Below, piece after piece: positions 18,482-28,590 of a stretch of DNA of 50,532 bases. Within the stretch, counting starts at the first letter, position 1, and each line of letters opens with the position of its first letter. Source of the stretch: Promethearchaeota archaeon (GTDB taxonomy: Archaea; Asgardarchaeota; Lokiarchaeia; Sigyniarchaeales; SOKP01). The stretch covers positions 1 to 50,532 of the forward strand of contig JBHLPW010000041.1 of NCBI GenBank assembly GCA_048939015.1. Direction: 5' to 3'. The position numbers and the translations under genes were made by a program. Below the pieces are notes generated by a model, which saw only the letters and a list, made by a program, of their open reading frames with translations, ran no database searches and was not told the DNA's origin.

Positions 18482-19189
18482 TTATTTTAGAATGAAGTAC
18501 ATTCTTCTATTGTTTTTTCCTTTATTGACAGTTTTAGTTACCTCAATTTTACCAATCTCATTAAGGTGCTTAATATGAGTGCCTCCGTCGACTTGTTCGT
18601 CGATATCTCCTATTCTAATGATGCGAAATTCTTTAATGTTCTTAGGCAATCCTATTGCTAAGCGTGCTAATTCAGGTTTTCCTAAAACCTCATCTCTATT
18701 CATATAGTCAATTGTTATTGGTAAGTCTTGTTCAATGATATTATTAGCCTCATCCACAAAAACTTTTAATTTTTCAGGAGAATAATCTTGCATTGAAAAA
18801 TCCATTCTAGTTTTATCCATTTCGATTTGATTCCCAGTAATTTTAGCATCGGCTCTCTTGTAGAGAATATTGCTAATTAAATGAGACGCTGTATGATATC
18901 TCATAAAGGTATACCTACGTTCCCAATCAAGTTCACAATGAACTTCATCACCTTCCTTTAAGCCCGGTTCATCGACTTCATGACTGATATTTCCAGAAAA
19001 CTTGCCAACATAAACCACTTTATATTCTTGATCGTCCTTTATGATTAAACCTTCGTCCCACGGTTGACCTCCTCCTTTTGGATAAAAGGCGGTATTATCA
19101 AGTACGGCATATTTCTCATCTGTGACACTTACAACTTTCGCATTCCAGCTTTTAAGGTAAGAATCATCCATATAGAGTGCTCTAGCCAT
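18482..19189 (-). CDS. alaX: Alanyl-tRNA editing protein AlaX-M
   Basis: LY..DSY, TAFYPKGGGQPWDEG, MRYHTASH, DGGTH (Asp in place of the usual Cys of CGGTH), NKGKNNRR. Confidence 0.92.
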   Translation of the reverse strand: MARALYMDDSYLKSWNAKVVSVTDEKYAVLDNTAFYPKGGGQPWDEGLIIKDDQEYKVVYVGKFSGNISHEVDEPGLKEGDEVHCELDWERRYTFMRYHTASHLISNILYKRADAKITGNQIEMDKTRMDFSMQDYSPEKLKVFVDEANNIIEQDLPITIDYMNRDEVLGKPELARLAIGLPKNIKEFRIIRIGDIDEQVDGGTHIKHLNEIGKIEVTKTVNKGKNNRRMYFILK

Positions 19190-19220
19190 AAAAAGAAAAA
19201 TAATCCTTTACCTTATAACT

Positions 19221-19373
19221 TTAATCCTTTTCATGGATTTCAGAAGGTTTTACGCCATCAAATAATTCAAGTTTCAAAAATTTAACTTCTTTTTCACATT
19301 GAGGGCAATAGTAAAATCCAGGTTCCTTATTTTCAAAATGAAAGCCACATTCTTTACAAACAGCGTAAAACAT
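19221..19373 (-). CDS. Small zinc-ribbon microprotein, 50 aa (not in ORF track)
   Basis: MFYAVCKECGFHFENKEPGFYYCPQCEKEVKFLKLELFDGVKPSEIHEKD*, with CxxCG and CPxC. Co-oriented directly upstream of alaX. Confidence 0.72.
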   Translation of the reverse strand: MFYAVCKECGFHFENKEPGFYYCPQCEKEVKFLKLELFDGVKPSEIHEKD

Positions 19374-19572
19374 ATATTAAGAAAAAGTAAAATGGTATTT
19401 AATTTATTTCATTAAGTTCATTAGGTTTAGCACCATGATTATTTGATAAATAAATAGTGTTTTATATGTTGTTTATTCCTCATTGCTATTTAACTGGTTT
19501 GTCAAATCGATAAAAATCTATAAATAAAATAATATAAATACAATTTATTATTAAAAATTATTTTAAAAAAAA

Positions 19573-22266
19573 ATGACAGAAATGAGAAAATCCAAAATAT
19601 ATATACTATTTCTCTTGATTGTTCTACTTATTTCAATCTCGCCATTTTTTGAATTCCAATCATCTTATACTTATAGTATTGCAAAAAATGTTCCTAAACC
19701 TTCAAATTTTTGGGTAATGGGACCACTTCATATAGATGATACTGGAGGTGGAGACTATACATGGGCAGAAGCAGCGTTGGAAGATTGGTGTAGCGGAGAT
19801 GGTTCATTTAATAATCCATACATTTTAGAAAATATTACCATCGATGCGAATTGGCTGGATAATTGTATTCTAATCGAAGATTCAAACAATAAATATTTCA
19901 CTATTAGAAATTGTACAGTTATAAATTCGGGAACATTATTCCAGGCACATGCCGGAATTGAATTACTTAGATCGTCTAATGGGACAATTGAGGATAATAT
20001 ATGTTTGAACAACTTAAAATGGGGGATATATCTTCAAACGGATTGTTATAATAATACAGTTCAGAATAATTATATTCAAAACAGTTCGGCAGCGGGTATT
20101 AGAGTTTTCGAGTCAACTCATAATATTATTTTTAATAATACAATTTTAGAAGGTGGTCCAAATGACTCAGACGGCATAACAGTGGATTTCAACAGTGAAT
20201 TTAACACGATTATGAATAATACAATAACTAGTCATGATTATGGTATTTATATTGCTGTTTCTTCGCATAACAATACAGTTATTAGCAATAAAATTAACGG
20301 TGTAAATGAGACGGGGATTTATTGTTATACTGATAATTGTATTATAAAGATGAATAAAGTGAACGGCTCATTACGAGGAATTTGGTTGAGTGGGGACGAT
20401 TCAATTATCTATGGAAACAGATTAACTAATAATAATGAGAATGGAAGGGATAACGGAAATAATAATGTATGGTATAATGGAACATTAGGGAACTATTGGG
20501 ACGATTATACTGGATTTGATTGGGATGAAGATGGAATTGGAAATACTCCTTATGATATTCCTGGATCTAGCAATTCAAGAGATTATTACCCTATTTGGGA
20601 TATTGGACTTGATCCGATATATATTATCGGAGATGCAACTGGAGTTGGCGCACATAATTGGACATGGGCTAGTAATCAACCGTGGTGTACAGGTTCTGGA
20701 ACTGTTAATGATCCTTACACGATAAAAGAATTAGTAATTAATGATGGAGGTACAGGAGGTTGTATCTGGATTAAAAATTCCAATGTATTTTTCCAAATTT
20801 TGAATTGTACTTTACGGAATGGAGGAAATTCTGGTTATGAAATTCTACTGAATAACACTAATAATGGGATTATCAGGAATAATACTTGTCAACAGGGATA
20901 TTGTGGTATTTTTTTAACCTCTAATTCTGATCATAATAATATTTCTGAAAATATCGTTATAAACGGATATCGTCGAGGAATTTGTGTCTCTAGCTATTCG
21001 GATTATAATAATATAGTAGACAATATTATAATTGAAAGTTATGTGGGCATTCTAGTAACTGCTTCTTGTCATGATAATGTAATTGAAGAAAATTATGCTG
21101 ATGGAAATAATATCGCGGGAATTTATCTAAGTAGTAATTGTACCGAAAATCTCATCCTAAAAAATGATATTATAAATTCAACGAGTTGCGATAATGGAAT
21201 AGTTATTGTTTATAATTGTGATAATAACAAGTTCTATCAAAATTACATTGCAAATAACTGGCGTGGAATTTACATGTATGATGGATGTGATGATAACATA
21301 TTCTGGGATAATGAATTCATTGATTTAAGAGATTATGGACTCTGGATAAGAAATCTAACATCACCTAGTTCTGGGAATATCATCTTTGGTAATACTTTCT
21401 CCACTCGGGGTCAAAATGGTAACGACGGATGTTTTGGAAACTATTGGTATAATGGGACAACAGGAAATTATTGGGCAGATTATAATGGTGTCGATGCTAA
21501 TGATGATAGAAGAGGCGATATTCCATATAATATAACAGGAGATGGAAATCGTCAGGACCTCTATCCAATTTGGGATGATGGTGATGATGTTAACCCAACG
21601 CTTTCAGTTATTTCACCATCGGCAGGATCTATTTTCGGAGCTAACCCTCCTACATGCGATCTAGATATCGTTGACACATACCTAAATACAACTTGGTATA
21701 CTTTAAATAATTCTTTTACAACATTTTTCCCAGGTAGTAATGGAGTGAATGTAGTTCCTATTGATGAAGTAACATGGAATTCTTTTTCTGATGGCTCAAT
21801 ATTGATGACATTTTACGTGAATGATTCTGCTGGGCATCCTGCCAGCATTTCATTTGTAATCATAAAAGACATTACAAATCCCTCAATCATTGTGAATTCA
21901 CCTCTTGGAGGTATGACCTTTGGTGCTGATGCTCCTGAATTTAATGTAACAATATACGATCTACATTTACAAGATGCATGGTATACTATCGGGTCTTCTT
22001 CAACAATATACTCTTTTACGCCTATTAATGGTATAAACATATTCCCAATTGATGAAAGTAGCTGGGATGCTCTCGCTGAAGGTGATATCACAATCAATAT
22101 TTTTGTCAATGATTCTGCGGGTAACACACACAGTATTCAGGTAATTGTTAATAGGGATTTACCTTCTGGTGGAGGAAACATTCCCTTTGGAAACTACCAT
22201 CTTATATTTCTTGGATTAGGAATTGTCTCATTATTAATAATCGAGATTAAAAAAAAGAACAAATAA
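19573..22266 (+). CDS. Cell-surface right-handed parallel beta-helix (NosD/CASH-like) protein with Ig-like repeats and C-terminal anchor
   Basis: Signal peptide; two beta-helix units each capped by TW...WC.G.G...PY and GNYWxDY..D..D..G..PY; two NDSAG Ig-like repeats; IPFG-TM-KKK tail. Confidence 0.85.
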   Translation: MTEMRKSKIYILFLLIVLLISISPFFEFQSSYTYSIAKNVPKPSNFWVMGPLHIDDTGGGDYTWAEAALEDWCSGDGSFNNPYILENITIDANWLDNCILIEDSNNKYFTIRNCTVINSGTLFQAHAGIELLRSSNGTIEDNICLNNLKWGIYLQTDCYNNTVQNNYIQNSSAAGIRVFESTHNIIFNNTILEGGPNDSDGITVDFNSEFNTIMNNTITSHDYGIYIAVSSHNNTVISNKINGVNETGIYCYTDNCIIKMNKVNGSLRGIWLSGDDSIIYGNRLTNNNENGRDNGNNNVWYNGTLGNYWDDYTGFDWDEDGIGNTPYDIPGSSNSRDYYPIWDIGLDPIYIIGDATGVGAHNWTWASNQPWCTGSGTVNDPYTIKELVINDGGTGGCIWIKNSNVFFQILNCTLRNGGNSGYEILLNNTNNGIIRNNTCQQGYCGIFLTSNSDHNNISENIVINGYRRGICVSSYSDYNNIVDNIIIESYVGILVTASCHDNVIEENYADGNNIAGIYLSSNCTENLILKNDIINSTSCDNGIVIVYNCDNNKFYQNYIANNWRGIYMYDGCDDNIFWDNEFIDLRDYGLWIRNLTSPSSGNIIFGNTFSTRGQNGNDGCFGNYWYNGTTGNYWADYNGVDANDDRRGDIPYNITGDGNRQDLYPIWDDGDDVNPTLSVISPSAGSIFGANPPTCDLDIVDTYLNTTWYTLNNSFTTFFPGSNGVNVVPIDEVTWNSFSDGSILMTFYVNDSAGHPASISFVIIKDITNPSIIVNSPLGGMTFGADAPEFNVTIYDLHLQDAWYTIGSSSTIYSFTPINGINIFPIDESSWDALAEGDITINIFVNDSAGNTHSIQVIVNRDLPSGGGNIPFGNYHLIFLGLGIVSLLIIEIKKKNK

Positions 22267-22352
22267 ACAAAAAATCTCTTTTTTTTTTTTAATTTTTAAA
22301 TCTTTTACATAAAGGTCTCTTTAATTTGTAAAGAAATAAAACAAAGAAAATT

Positions 22353-22436
22353 TGATAAATCCCTACTATACCATTGCAGGTTGTCATCCACCAACAACAA
22401 TTTATTTGAAGGAGTCATTCATAATGGGATCCATCA
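22353..22436 (-). ncRNA. Candidate structured RNA / long 3' UTR stem-loop
   Basis: UGAUGGAUCCC pairs with GGGAUUUAUCA (11 bp), continued by AUUAUG/UAUAGU, with inner GUUGUU/GACAAC. The G-U pairs work only on the minus strand. Confidence 0.4.
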
Positions 22437-22456
22437 TTTTTTTTTGATTTTATTTA

Positions 22457-22567
22457 TCACTTAAAGCTTAAGAGCATAAAATAGGTTAATTTTCCACAAG
22501 TCGAACAGAAATAATATCCTTCTTTATTTCCATTTTCTTGATTTCCACATGTTAAACAGAAAATCAT
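22457..22567 (-). CDS. Small zinc-ribbon microprotein, 36 aa (not in ORF track)
   Basis: MIFCLTCGNQENGNKEGYYFCSTCGKLTYFMLLSFK*. Same Cys spacing and G-[FY]-Y motif as 19221..19373. Confidence 0.68.
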   Translation of the reverse strand: MIFCLTCGNQENGNKEGYYFCSTCGKLTYFMLLSFK

Positions 22568-22726
22568 TCTACATCAATTGGTTAATGAGAAGCAGGATTT
22601 AAAATATTTGAGTTATAAGATAAAAGTAGGTTTTAAGAATTATAAATAAATAATAAGTCTTATATAATTATACATACGGATTTAGTATAATTTCGTTTAT
22701 TTTCAAAGATTAATAAGGTATTATAC

Positions 22727-23764
22727 ATGAAATTTGTTGAAGTACTTGGTTCTAAATTTGAGGTTAAAAAGGGATTTCTAGATTTAAGTCTTTTAGACAT
22801 AAAAAATATTGACGAAATACAAGGGTTATCAAAAATAAAAGATCTTAAAAATTTAGAATTGAGTTCTAATGATATTGGAACAATAGAAGGCTTAGATGAT
22901 TTAACTGAGTTAGAGATCTTAAATTTAGGTAATAATAAGATAATCGACATAAAAGGATTAGATCAATTACAAAATCTCAACATTCTACATCTTATAAGCA
23001 ACCAAATAAGTGAGATCAAAGGATTAGAGAATTTAACAAATCTAGAAGAGTTATATTTGAGGGGAAATCAGATATCTGAATTAAAAGGATTAGAAAAACT
23101 AAGTTCTCTTGTACGATTGGATCTCTCCTGGAATGAAATCACAGAAATCAATGGTCTTGAAACATTAACAAAGCTAGAAGTTTTATGGATTGCAGGTAAT
23201 AAATTAGAAATAATCAAAAATTTAGATAACTTGGACAATTTAGAAGTATTAAATTTAGCAGGTAATCAGATTAAAAGTATCCAAGGATTAGAGAATCTAA
23301 AAAATCTAAAGAGTCTTTATCTAAATAATAATTCGATACAAGAAATTCAAGGTTTAGATTCTTTAGAAAGTATAGAGACATTATGGCTTAATACAAACCA
23401 AATATCAAATATTAGAGGATTAGACAATTTAAAGACTTTAAAAATTCTAAACTTAAAACAGAACAATCTAACTCAAATTAGAGGTTTGTATTCCTTGACT
23501 GAATTAGAAACATTATTTCTTTCTGAGAATAGCATTGGTGAAATTAAAGGTCTTGAAGCATTAGCTAACTTGGAAACTCTTGATTTAGGTCAAAATCGTA
23601 TAATTCAAATAAAAGGATTAGAGTCGTTAATGCATTTAAAGGATTTATGGTTGGCGGATAATCTCATCCCTCAAAAAATATTAGATGAATTGGGAGGATT
23701 AGATTCAGGAGGTTGCGCTAACGATCCTATGCAATTTGTGAAATATTCTCTTATCAATTTATGA
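22727..23764 (+). CDS. Leucine-rich repeat protein (SDS22-like 22-aa repeats)
   Basis: About 13 repeats of LxxLxLxxNxIxxIxGLxxLxx. Confidence 0.95.
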   Translation: MKFVEVLGSKFEVKKGFLDLSLLDIKNIDEIQGLSKIKDLKNLELSSNDIGTIEGLDDLTELEILNLGNNKIIDIKGLDQLQNLNILHLISNQISEIKGLENLTNLEELYLRGNQISELKGLEKLSSLVRLDLSWNEITEINGLETLTKLEVLWIAGNKLEIIKNLDNLDNLEVLNLAGNQIKSIQGLENLKNLKSLYLNNNSIQEIQGLDSLESIETLWLNTNQISNIRGLDNLKTLKILNLKQNNLTQIRGLYSLTELETLFLSENSIGEIKGLEALANLETLDLGQNRIIQIKGLESLMHLKDLWLADNLIPQKILDELGGLDSGGCANDPMQFVKYSLINL

Positions 23765-23841
23765 ATTTTTTTTAGTAATTTTTTAAATATTAGATTATAA
23801 TAATACAGATCATATATCACAAATCTAAATGGTAGAAATTT

Positions 23842-25092
23842 ATGGAATTAACTGCGTTTGATGTTGCAAAAAAACAAATTGATATTGTAGCTGAAGAAAT
23901 GGGATTAGATCCTAATATAGCTAATTATCTTAAGAGAGTTGAAAGAGCTTTAATAGTTACTATCCCTATTATGATGGATGATGGATCTCTTCAGATTTTC
24001 GAAGGGTATAGAGTTCATCATAGTACTGTTAGAGGTCCAGGAAAAGGAGGTATAAGATTTTCACCAGAAGTTAATTTAGACGAAGTTAAAGCGTTGGCAA
24101 CTTGGATGACTTGGAAGAGTAGTCTCCTTAATTTACCACTAGGAGGAGCGAAGGGAGGAGTATGTGTGGATCCTCGAAAATTATCTAAAGGTGAATTAGA
24201 ACGACTCACGAGGAGGTACACATCTGAAATAATCAATATTATTGGCCCAGATATCGACATTCCTGCTCCAGATGTTAATACTAATTCTCAAGTTATGGCT
24301 TGGATTATGGATACTTACTCTATGAATAAAGGAAGGTCCGTACCTGGTGTGGTTACCGGTAAACCTATTGAGATTGGTGGATCAGTTGGTCGAGAGCCAG
24401 CCACTGGAATGGGGTTATATTATGTACTTGAAGCCATGTGTGAGAAATTAAATTTAGATATGAAATCACAAAGAATAATAGTTCAAGGATTTGGAAATGT
24501 GGGAGGCACAATAGCTGAGCTATTATATAGAGATGGATGCAAAGTAATGGCGGTTTCAGATATATCTGGAGCTCTATATTTCTCAGAAGGATTAGAAATT
24601 GACAAATTGTTAGATTGGACCCACCAAGGAAATTATTTAAAAGATTATGAGGATAAAAGGTACAAATTAATCACAAACGAGGAATTGCTCTCATCAGATT
24701 GCGATGTATTGATTCCAGCTGCTCTTGAAAATCAAATCACACATAAAAATGTTAAAAATATAAAGTGTAAAATTATATTAGAAGGTGCTAATGGTCCAGT
24801 CACTCCGGAAGCAGATAGAATCTTATTTGAAAAGGGAATTAATGTCCTTCCTGATATTCTTGCTAATGCTGGTGGAGTATGTGTTTCATATTTTGAATAT
24901 GTCCAGGACATTCGTGCTTATTTTTGGGAACTAGATAGAATTAATAAAGAATTAAAGAAAATAATTCTGAAAGCGTTCGAAGAAGTATTTAAGGTTGCAA
25001 AAGAAAGAAATATTGCGCTTCGTACAGCAGCATATATAATTGCAGTTTCTAGGATTGCTAAAGCAATAGAATTAAGGGGTTTTTTTCCTTAA
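23842..25092 (+). CDS. gdhA: Glutamate dehydrogenase (Glu/Leu/Phe/Val family)
   Basis: GPGKGGIRF, GGAKGG, DIPAPDV, VTGKP, QGFGNVG, EGANGP, NAGGV. Confidence 0.95.
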   Translation: MELTAFDVAKKQIDIVAEEMGLDPNIANYLKRVERALIVTIPIMMDDGSLQIFEGYRVHHSTVRGPGKGGIRFSPEVNLDEVKALATWMTWKSSLLNLPLGGAKGGVCVDPRKLSKGELERLTRRYTSEIINIIGPDIDIPAPDVNTNSQVMAWIMDTYSMNKGRSVPGVVTGKPIEIGGSVGREPATGMGLYYVLEAMCEKLNLDMKSQRIIVQGFGNVGGTIAELLYRDGCKVMAVSDISGALYFSEGLEIDKLLDWTHQGNYLKDYEDKRYKLITNEELLSSDCDVLIPAALENQITHKNVKNIKCKIILEGANGPVTPEADRILFEKGINVLPDILANAGGVCVSYFEYVQDIRAYFWELDRINKELKKIILKAFEEVFKVAKERNIALRTAAYIIAVSRIAKAIELRGFFP

Positions 25093-25134
25093 TATTTATA
25101 TTATTTTTACTTTGTCAAATTTGAAGGTGTTCTT

Positions 25135-25428
25135 ATGAAAATTAGATTACTATTAATTTTACTCATTTCTATTATTGAAGGACTTATAATTACTTATATA
25201 ACAGGATTTTTTATTTATCCTATGAATGGATTGATAGGAAGTGAAAGATGGGGTTTTCCTTTCTATTGGATAACTCAAGCTGTTGTTCCGGGGGCTGAAA
25301 AAGTCATTAATTGGTCTAATTTTGCAATTAATACTATGTTCTGGGGGTCCTTAGTCTTTATAGTGAATTATATGATACAATATTTATTATTCAAATATAA
25401 GAATAGAAAGAGCAATAAAAAAAGTTAG
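25135..25428 (+). CDS. Small two-TM membrane protein
   Basis: Two hydrophobic segments flanking RWGFPFYWI; basic tail. Confidence 0.65.
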   Translation: MKIRLLLILLISIIEGLIITYITGFFIYPMNGLIGSERWGFPFYWITQAVVPGAEKVINWSNFAINTMFWGSLVFIVNYMIQYLLFKYKNRKSNKKS

Positions 25429-25476
25429 AATTTTATGTTTAAGAAGGTTATCAATGAATCTATGGAGTTATTATTC

Positions 25477-25899
25477 TTAAAGTTCTTTTAAAACATCTCC
25501 AACCATTCCATTAATTTCTCCATATGCTATTGCATCTTGGAGATTACCTTCAATTTGCAAATCTCCAGCCATATAAGCACTAGTAGCGTCAAGCTCACCA
25601 GATCCTAGGGCGCCCCAAGTCGTACTAGTCGCTATCATGGTTACAGATGGATCTTCTGCTTCTCCTTCAGCGTATTCAACTTGACCTTCCCCAAATTTCA
25701 CCCAATATTTATAACCAACATCTGACCATTCAAACTGAACAACGGTAAGGTCCATATCTTCAACTTCTTCTTTGATATCTTCATTTTCAGCAGCAAGTTG
25801 TTTAAAAGCTTCACATAATAAAAGAGCATCAGAAGGTTTTCTTTCACCTTCTCCAGCTCTCATAGCTGCTAATTTTTTTAATAAATCTTCACTAACCAT
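25477..25899 (-). CDS. SCP2 sterol/lipid-binding domain protein
   Basis: GEAEDPSVTM...GELDATSAYMAGDLQIEGNLQDA signature. Confidence 0.9.
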   Translation of the reverse strand: MVSEDLLKKLAAMRAGEGERKPSDALLLCEAFKQLAAENEDIKEEVEDMDLTVVQFEWSDVGYKYWVKFGEGQVEYAEGEAEDPSVTMIATSTTWGALGSGELDATSAYMAGDLQIEGNLQDAIAYGEINGMVGDVLKEL

Positions 25900-26117
25900 A
25901 TTTTACACCACTTCTTTTTTGTTTTTAATTCTATCTTTTATTAAAAGATAATTTAATTTATATTGTATATTATAAAAAGATTTTATTTGAATAGAGTTAG
26001 CATTTATACAGAATTTAATATTACCATTTAAACAAAATAATAGTTTTAAACTTTCTAAAAGTTAAATTAATAACGAATGAGAATTAATAAAAAAAAGAGA
26101 AATTTAAGATTAAATTT

Positions 26118-27203
26118 TTATAAACTTTGTCCTAATATATCTATACTTCCAGTTGATGTAGAAACACCAAATGTATACTTATTAGTTGCAGAATTATAAT
26201 CCATTGTAGATATCAGGCCACCAACTTTATTTAATCCCCCTATCCCTAGTGGATTATATGAGATAGAACCTGTACTTACAGAACATGAAAATTCTGCTCC
26301 AATTGTACTTAATGAATCATCGTATAATAAATCTATACTACCCGTAGAAGATCCAATAGTTCCTGTAATGCTAGCATTCATTTCGATATATTGTCGGATT
26401 TGAATATTTACACTTCCCGTACTTGTGTGGATATACCAAATAGAATCTTTCATATAAATCATATTATAGCTTTTAAGTGATACCGAGCCTGTAGATACCG
26501 TTCCAATTAAATCGCCTCCAAGAATACATTGAGAAAAATTCAATATAAGAGACCCTGTAGATGAATCTGCATTTATTCCATGAGAAAAATTAGTATGTTT
26601 AGCAAACACGCTTACTTTTCCTGTACTAGTACTTACTCCTAATGAACCTTGAAAAGTAGTATTCTTTGCAGAATATAATGCAACGGAACCAGTAGATGTA
26701 CTTAGAGATGTATTATTAATTACAATATTTTCTGGAACATTCATGTTTATTCCCCCTGTACCACAGTAAGTATTTACATCATAAATTACATCTGTTCTAA
26801 GGGTTAAATCAATAGTTATTCTATGAGATAATCCAAATATAAATACTGGATTGGTTTTTGCATCAAGTTTGAATGTTACAATATTACTTGAATTAGTCCA
26901 TTCAATTGGATGGAAGAAATCAGAAAAAGTCTTTTCTTCAACAAAACCACCAACAATTTTTATATCTAAATCTACTTGAGCGACAAGATTCGTTGGCGTT
27001 GCATTATATTTGATATTCACTTGCCCAATATCACTAATAATGTTTAATTTCTCTATTAGTGAAACATTACTAGGTGCATAATGATAAGAATCAGCATATT
27101 CATATTCTCCCCACGTGGTAGCTATAACAATTCCAAATGATGTTCCTCCAAGAACAATGCAGGATGCCACTATCATTAGAATGATACTTGATTTTTTTTT
27201 CAC
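26118..27203 (-). CDS. Membrane-anchored beta-strand repeat protein (DUF4097/adhesin-like)
   Basis: N-terminal TM; repeated STSTGSV/I motif; LRTDV motif shared with the neighbour. Confidence 0.7.
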   Translation of the reverse strand: MKKKSSIILMIVASCIVLGGTSFGIVIATTWGEYEYADSYHYAPSNVSLIEKLNIISDIGQVNIKYNATPTNLVAQVDLDIKIVGGFVEEKTFSDFFHPIEWTNSSNIVTFKLDAKTNPVFIFGLSHRITIDLTLRTDVIYDVNTYCGTGGINMNVPENIVINNTSLSTSTGSVALYSAKNTTFQGSLGVSTSTGKVSVFAKHTNFSHGINADSSTGSLILNFSQCILGGDLIGTVSTGSVSLKSYNMIYMKDSIWYIHTSTGSVNIQIRQYIEMNASITGTIGSSTGSIDLLYDDSLSTIGAEFSCSVSTGSISYNPLGIGGLNKVGGLISTMDYNSATNKYTFGVSTSTGSIDILGQSL

Positions 27204-27374
27204 TTAGATCACACTTTTAAAATACTTTTTACTTAAGAAAGAGCAATTGTTATAGGTATTTAAATAAATTTTAGACTAATTTTTGATTTTCAAAAATATT
27301 TTTAAAAGAAAATAACAAATTAAAATAATTCAAAAGTTAAAGAAAAAAAATTTTGGGTTAGAAGATTATATTAA

Positions 27375-28478
27375 CTAGCTGCTTTGACCATCTACATTAA
27401 TATTACCTGTAGTAGTAGTGAGAGAAAACACAAAAGTATAATTTGCAGTTGAAAAATCTGTTGTTCTAAAATTATCAAACGTTGGAGTATCAAATCCACC
27501 TGAATTTATGGGATTAAAGCTACCTGTAGTTGTAGATGCTGTAAATGAAGCACCTACTGTAGAAAGCCCATCAATATAATCCAAATTAATATTTCCCGTA
27601 GTTACATCCCATATACCATCAACATTTGCACCCATATCTACATACTGGATGATATCACTATTCAAAACCCCTGTAGTAGTTGTTAAATCCCAACTGACAG
27701 CACTACTACATCTGGTATTATATGAATTAAATGTGAGTCCTCCTGTTGTTACTTCCGCGGTAATATCACCATTAAGAAAACAATTTGAAAAATTTAATCT
27801 AAGATTTCCCGTAGTTGCCTCAGCCGTTATTGATGTAAAATTAGATTTCTTGCCATATATAGATAGTCCCCCAGTTGTTGCATCTACTCTGAAACTTCCT
27901 ACTGAAGCCTCTTCTAAACGAGTAACTGAATTTCCGGTGGTTGTTTCTATAGTTAAATCATAAATATTTACATCTTTTGGAATTTCGTTACCAATATTAC
28001 CAGTAGTTGCATATTCTTCAATTTGATAAATAATATCGGTTCTAAGAGTTACATTTATTTCAATCCTCTTTATTGCGAACCAATTTGTTGGATCCAGATT
28101 CACTCCTGGTTTGGTACTCAATGTAAAACTTGTCTTTTCCGTTGGTTGTGAGGTTATGTTATCCCATTCTAAAAGAAAAAAGCTAGATATGGATTTTCCA
28201 ATCATATAGGTACCACTTATCTTAATGTCATAATCTACTTTCATTACATTTTGCATAGCAGAAGTATTATATCTTACATTAATATCTCCAATATCAGTAC
28301 GTATATAAATTGGTTCTGGAGATCTAGTTATTAATGGCGCATAAACTCGAGATCCAGAAGATTCAATAGTACCATAAGTTAAAAACCCCACTAAGAAAAA
28401 TATTCCAACACCAGATGCAACTATGATAGCTATAATAATACCTATTATTTTATGACTTCTTGCCATTTTTGTAAACAC
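27375..28478 (-). CDS. Membrane-anchored beta-strand repeat protein (DUF4097/adhesin-like), tandem paralogue
   Basis: N-terminal TM; repeated TTTGN/G motif; DIG.IN.RYN, LRTDIIY, LNFSNC, GQS end shared with 26118..27203. Confidence 0.7.
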   Translation of the reverse strand: MFTKMARSHKIIGIIIAIIVASGVGIFFLVGFLTYGTIESSGSRVYAPLITRSPEPIYIRTDIGDINVRYNTSAMQNVMKVDYDIKISGTYMIGKSISSFFLLEWDNITSQPTEKTSFTLSTKPGVNLDPTNWFAIKRIEINVTLRTDIIYQIEEYATTGNIGNEIPKDVNIYDLTIETTTGNSVTRLEEASVGSFRVDATTGGLSIYGKKSNFTSITAEATTGNLRLNFSNCFLNGDITAEVTTGGLTFNSYNTRCSSAVSWDLTTTTGVLNSDIIQYVDMGANVDGIWDVTTGNINLDYIDGLSTVGASFTASTTTGSFNPINSGGFDTPTFDNFRTTDFSTANYTFVFSLTTTTGNINVDGQSS

Positions 28479-28590
28479 TCAATTTCTAATTAGATTTCAT
28501 TATTTGAATATTTATGTGCTTTCGCATAAAAAGTCGTCTGTTTTACACTAAACGTATGAAAAAAAGATAAAGAATTAATAAAAAAAACTC

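Noticed and set aside
22457-22459. TGA stop of the 36-aa microprotein as a Sec codon served by the downstream stem-loop
   Set aside because: It is followed immediately by TAA and is not at a Cys-equivalent position.
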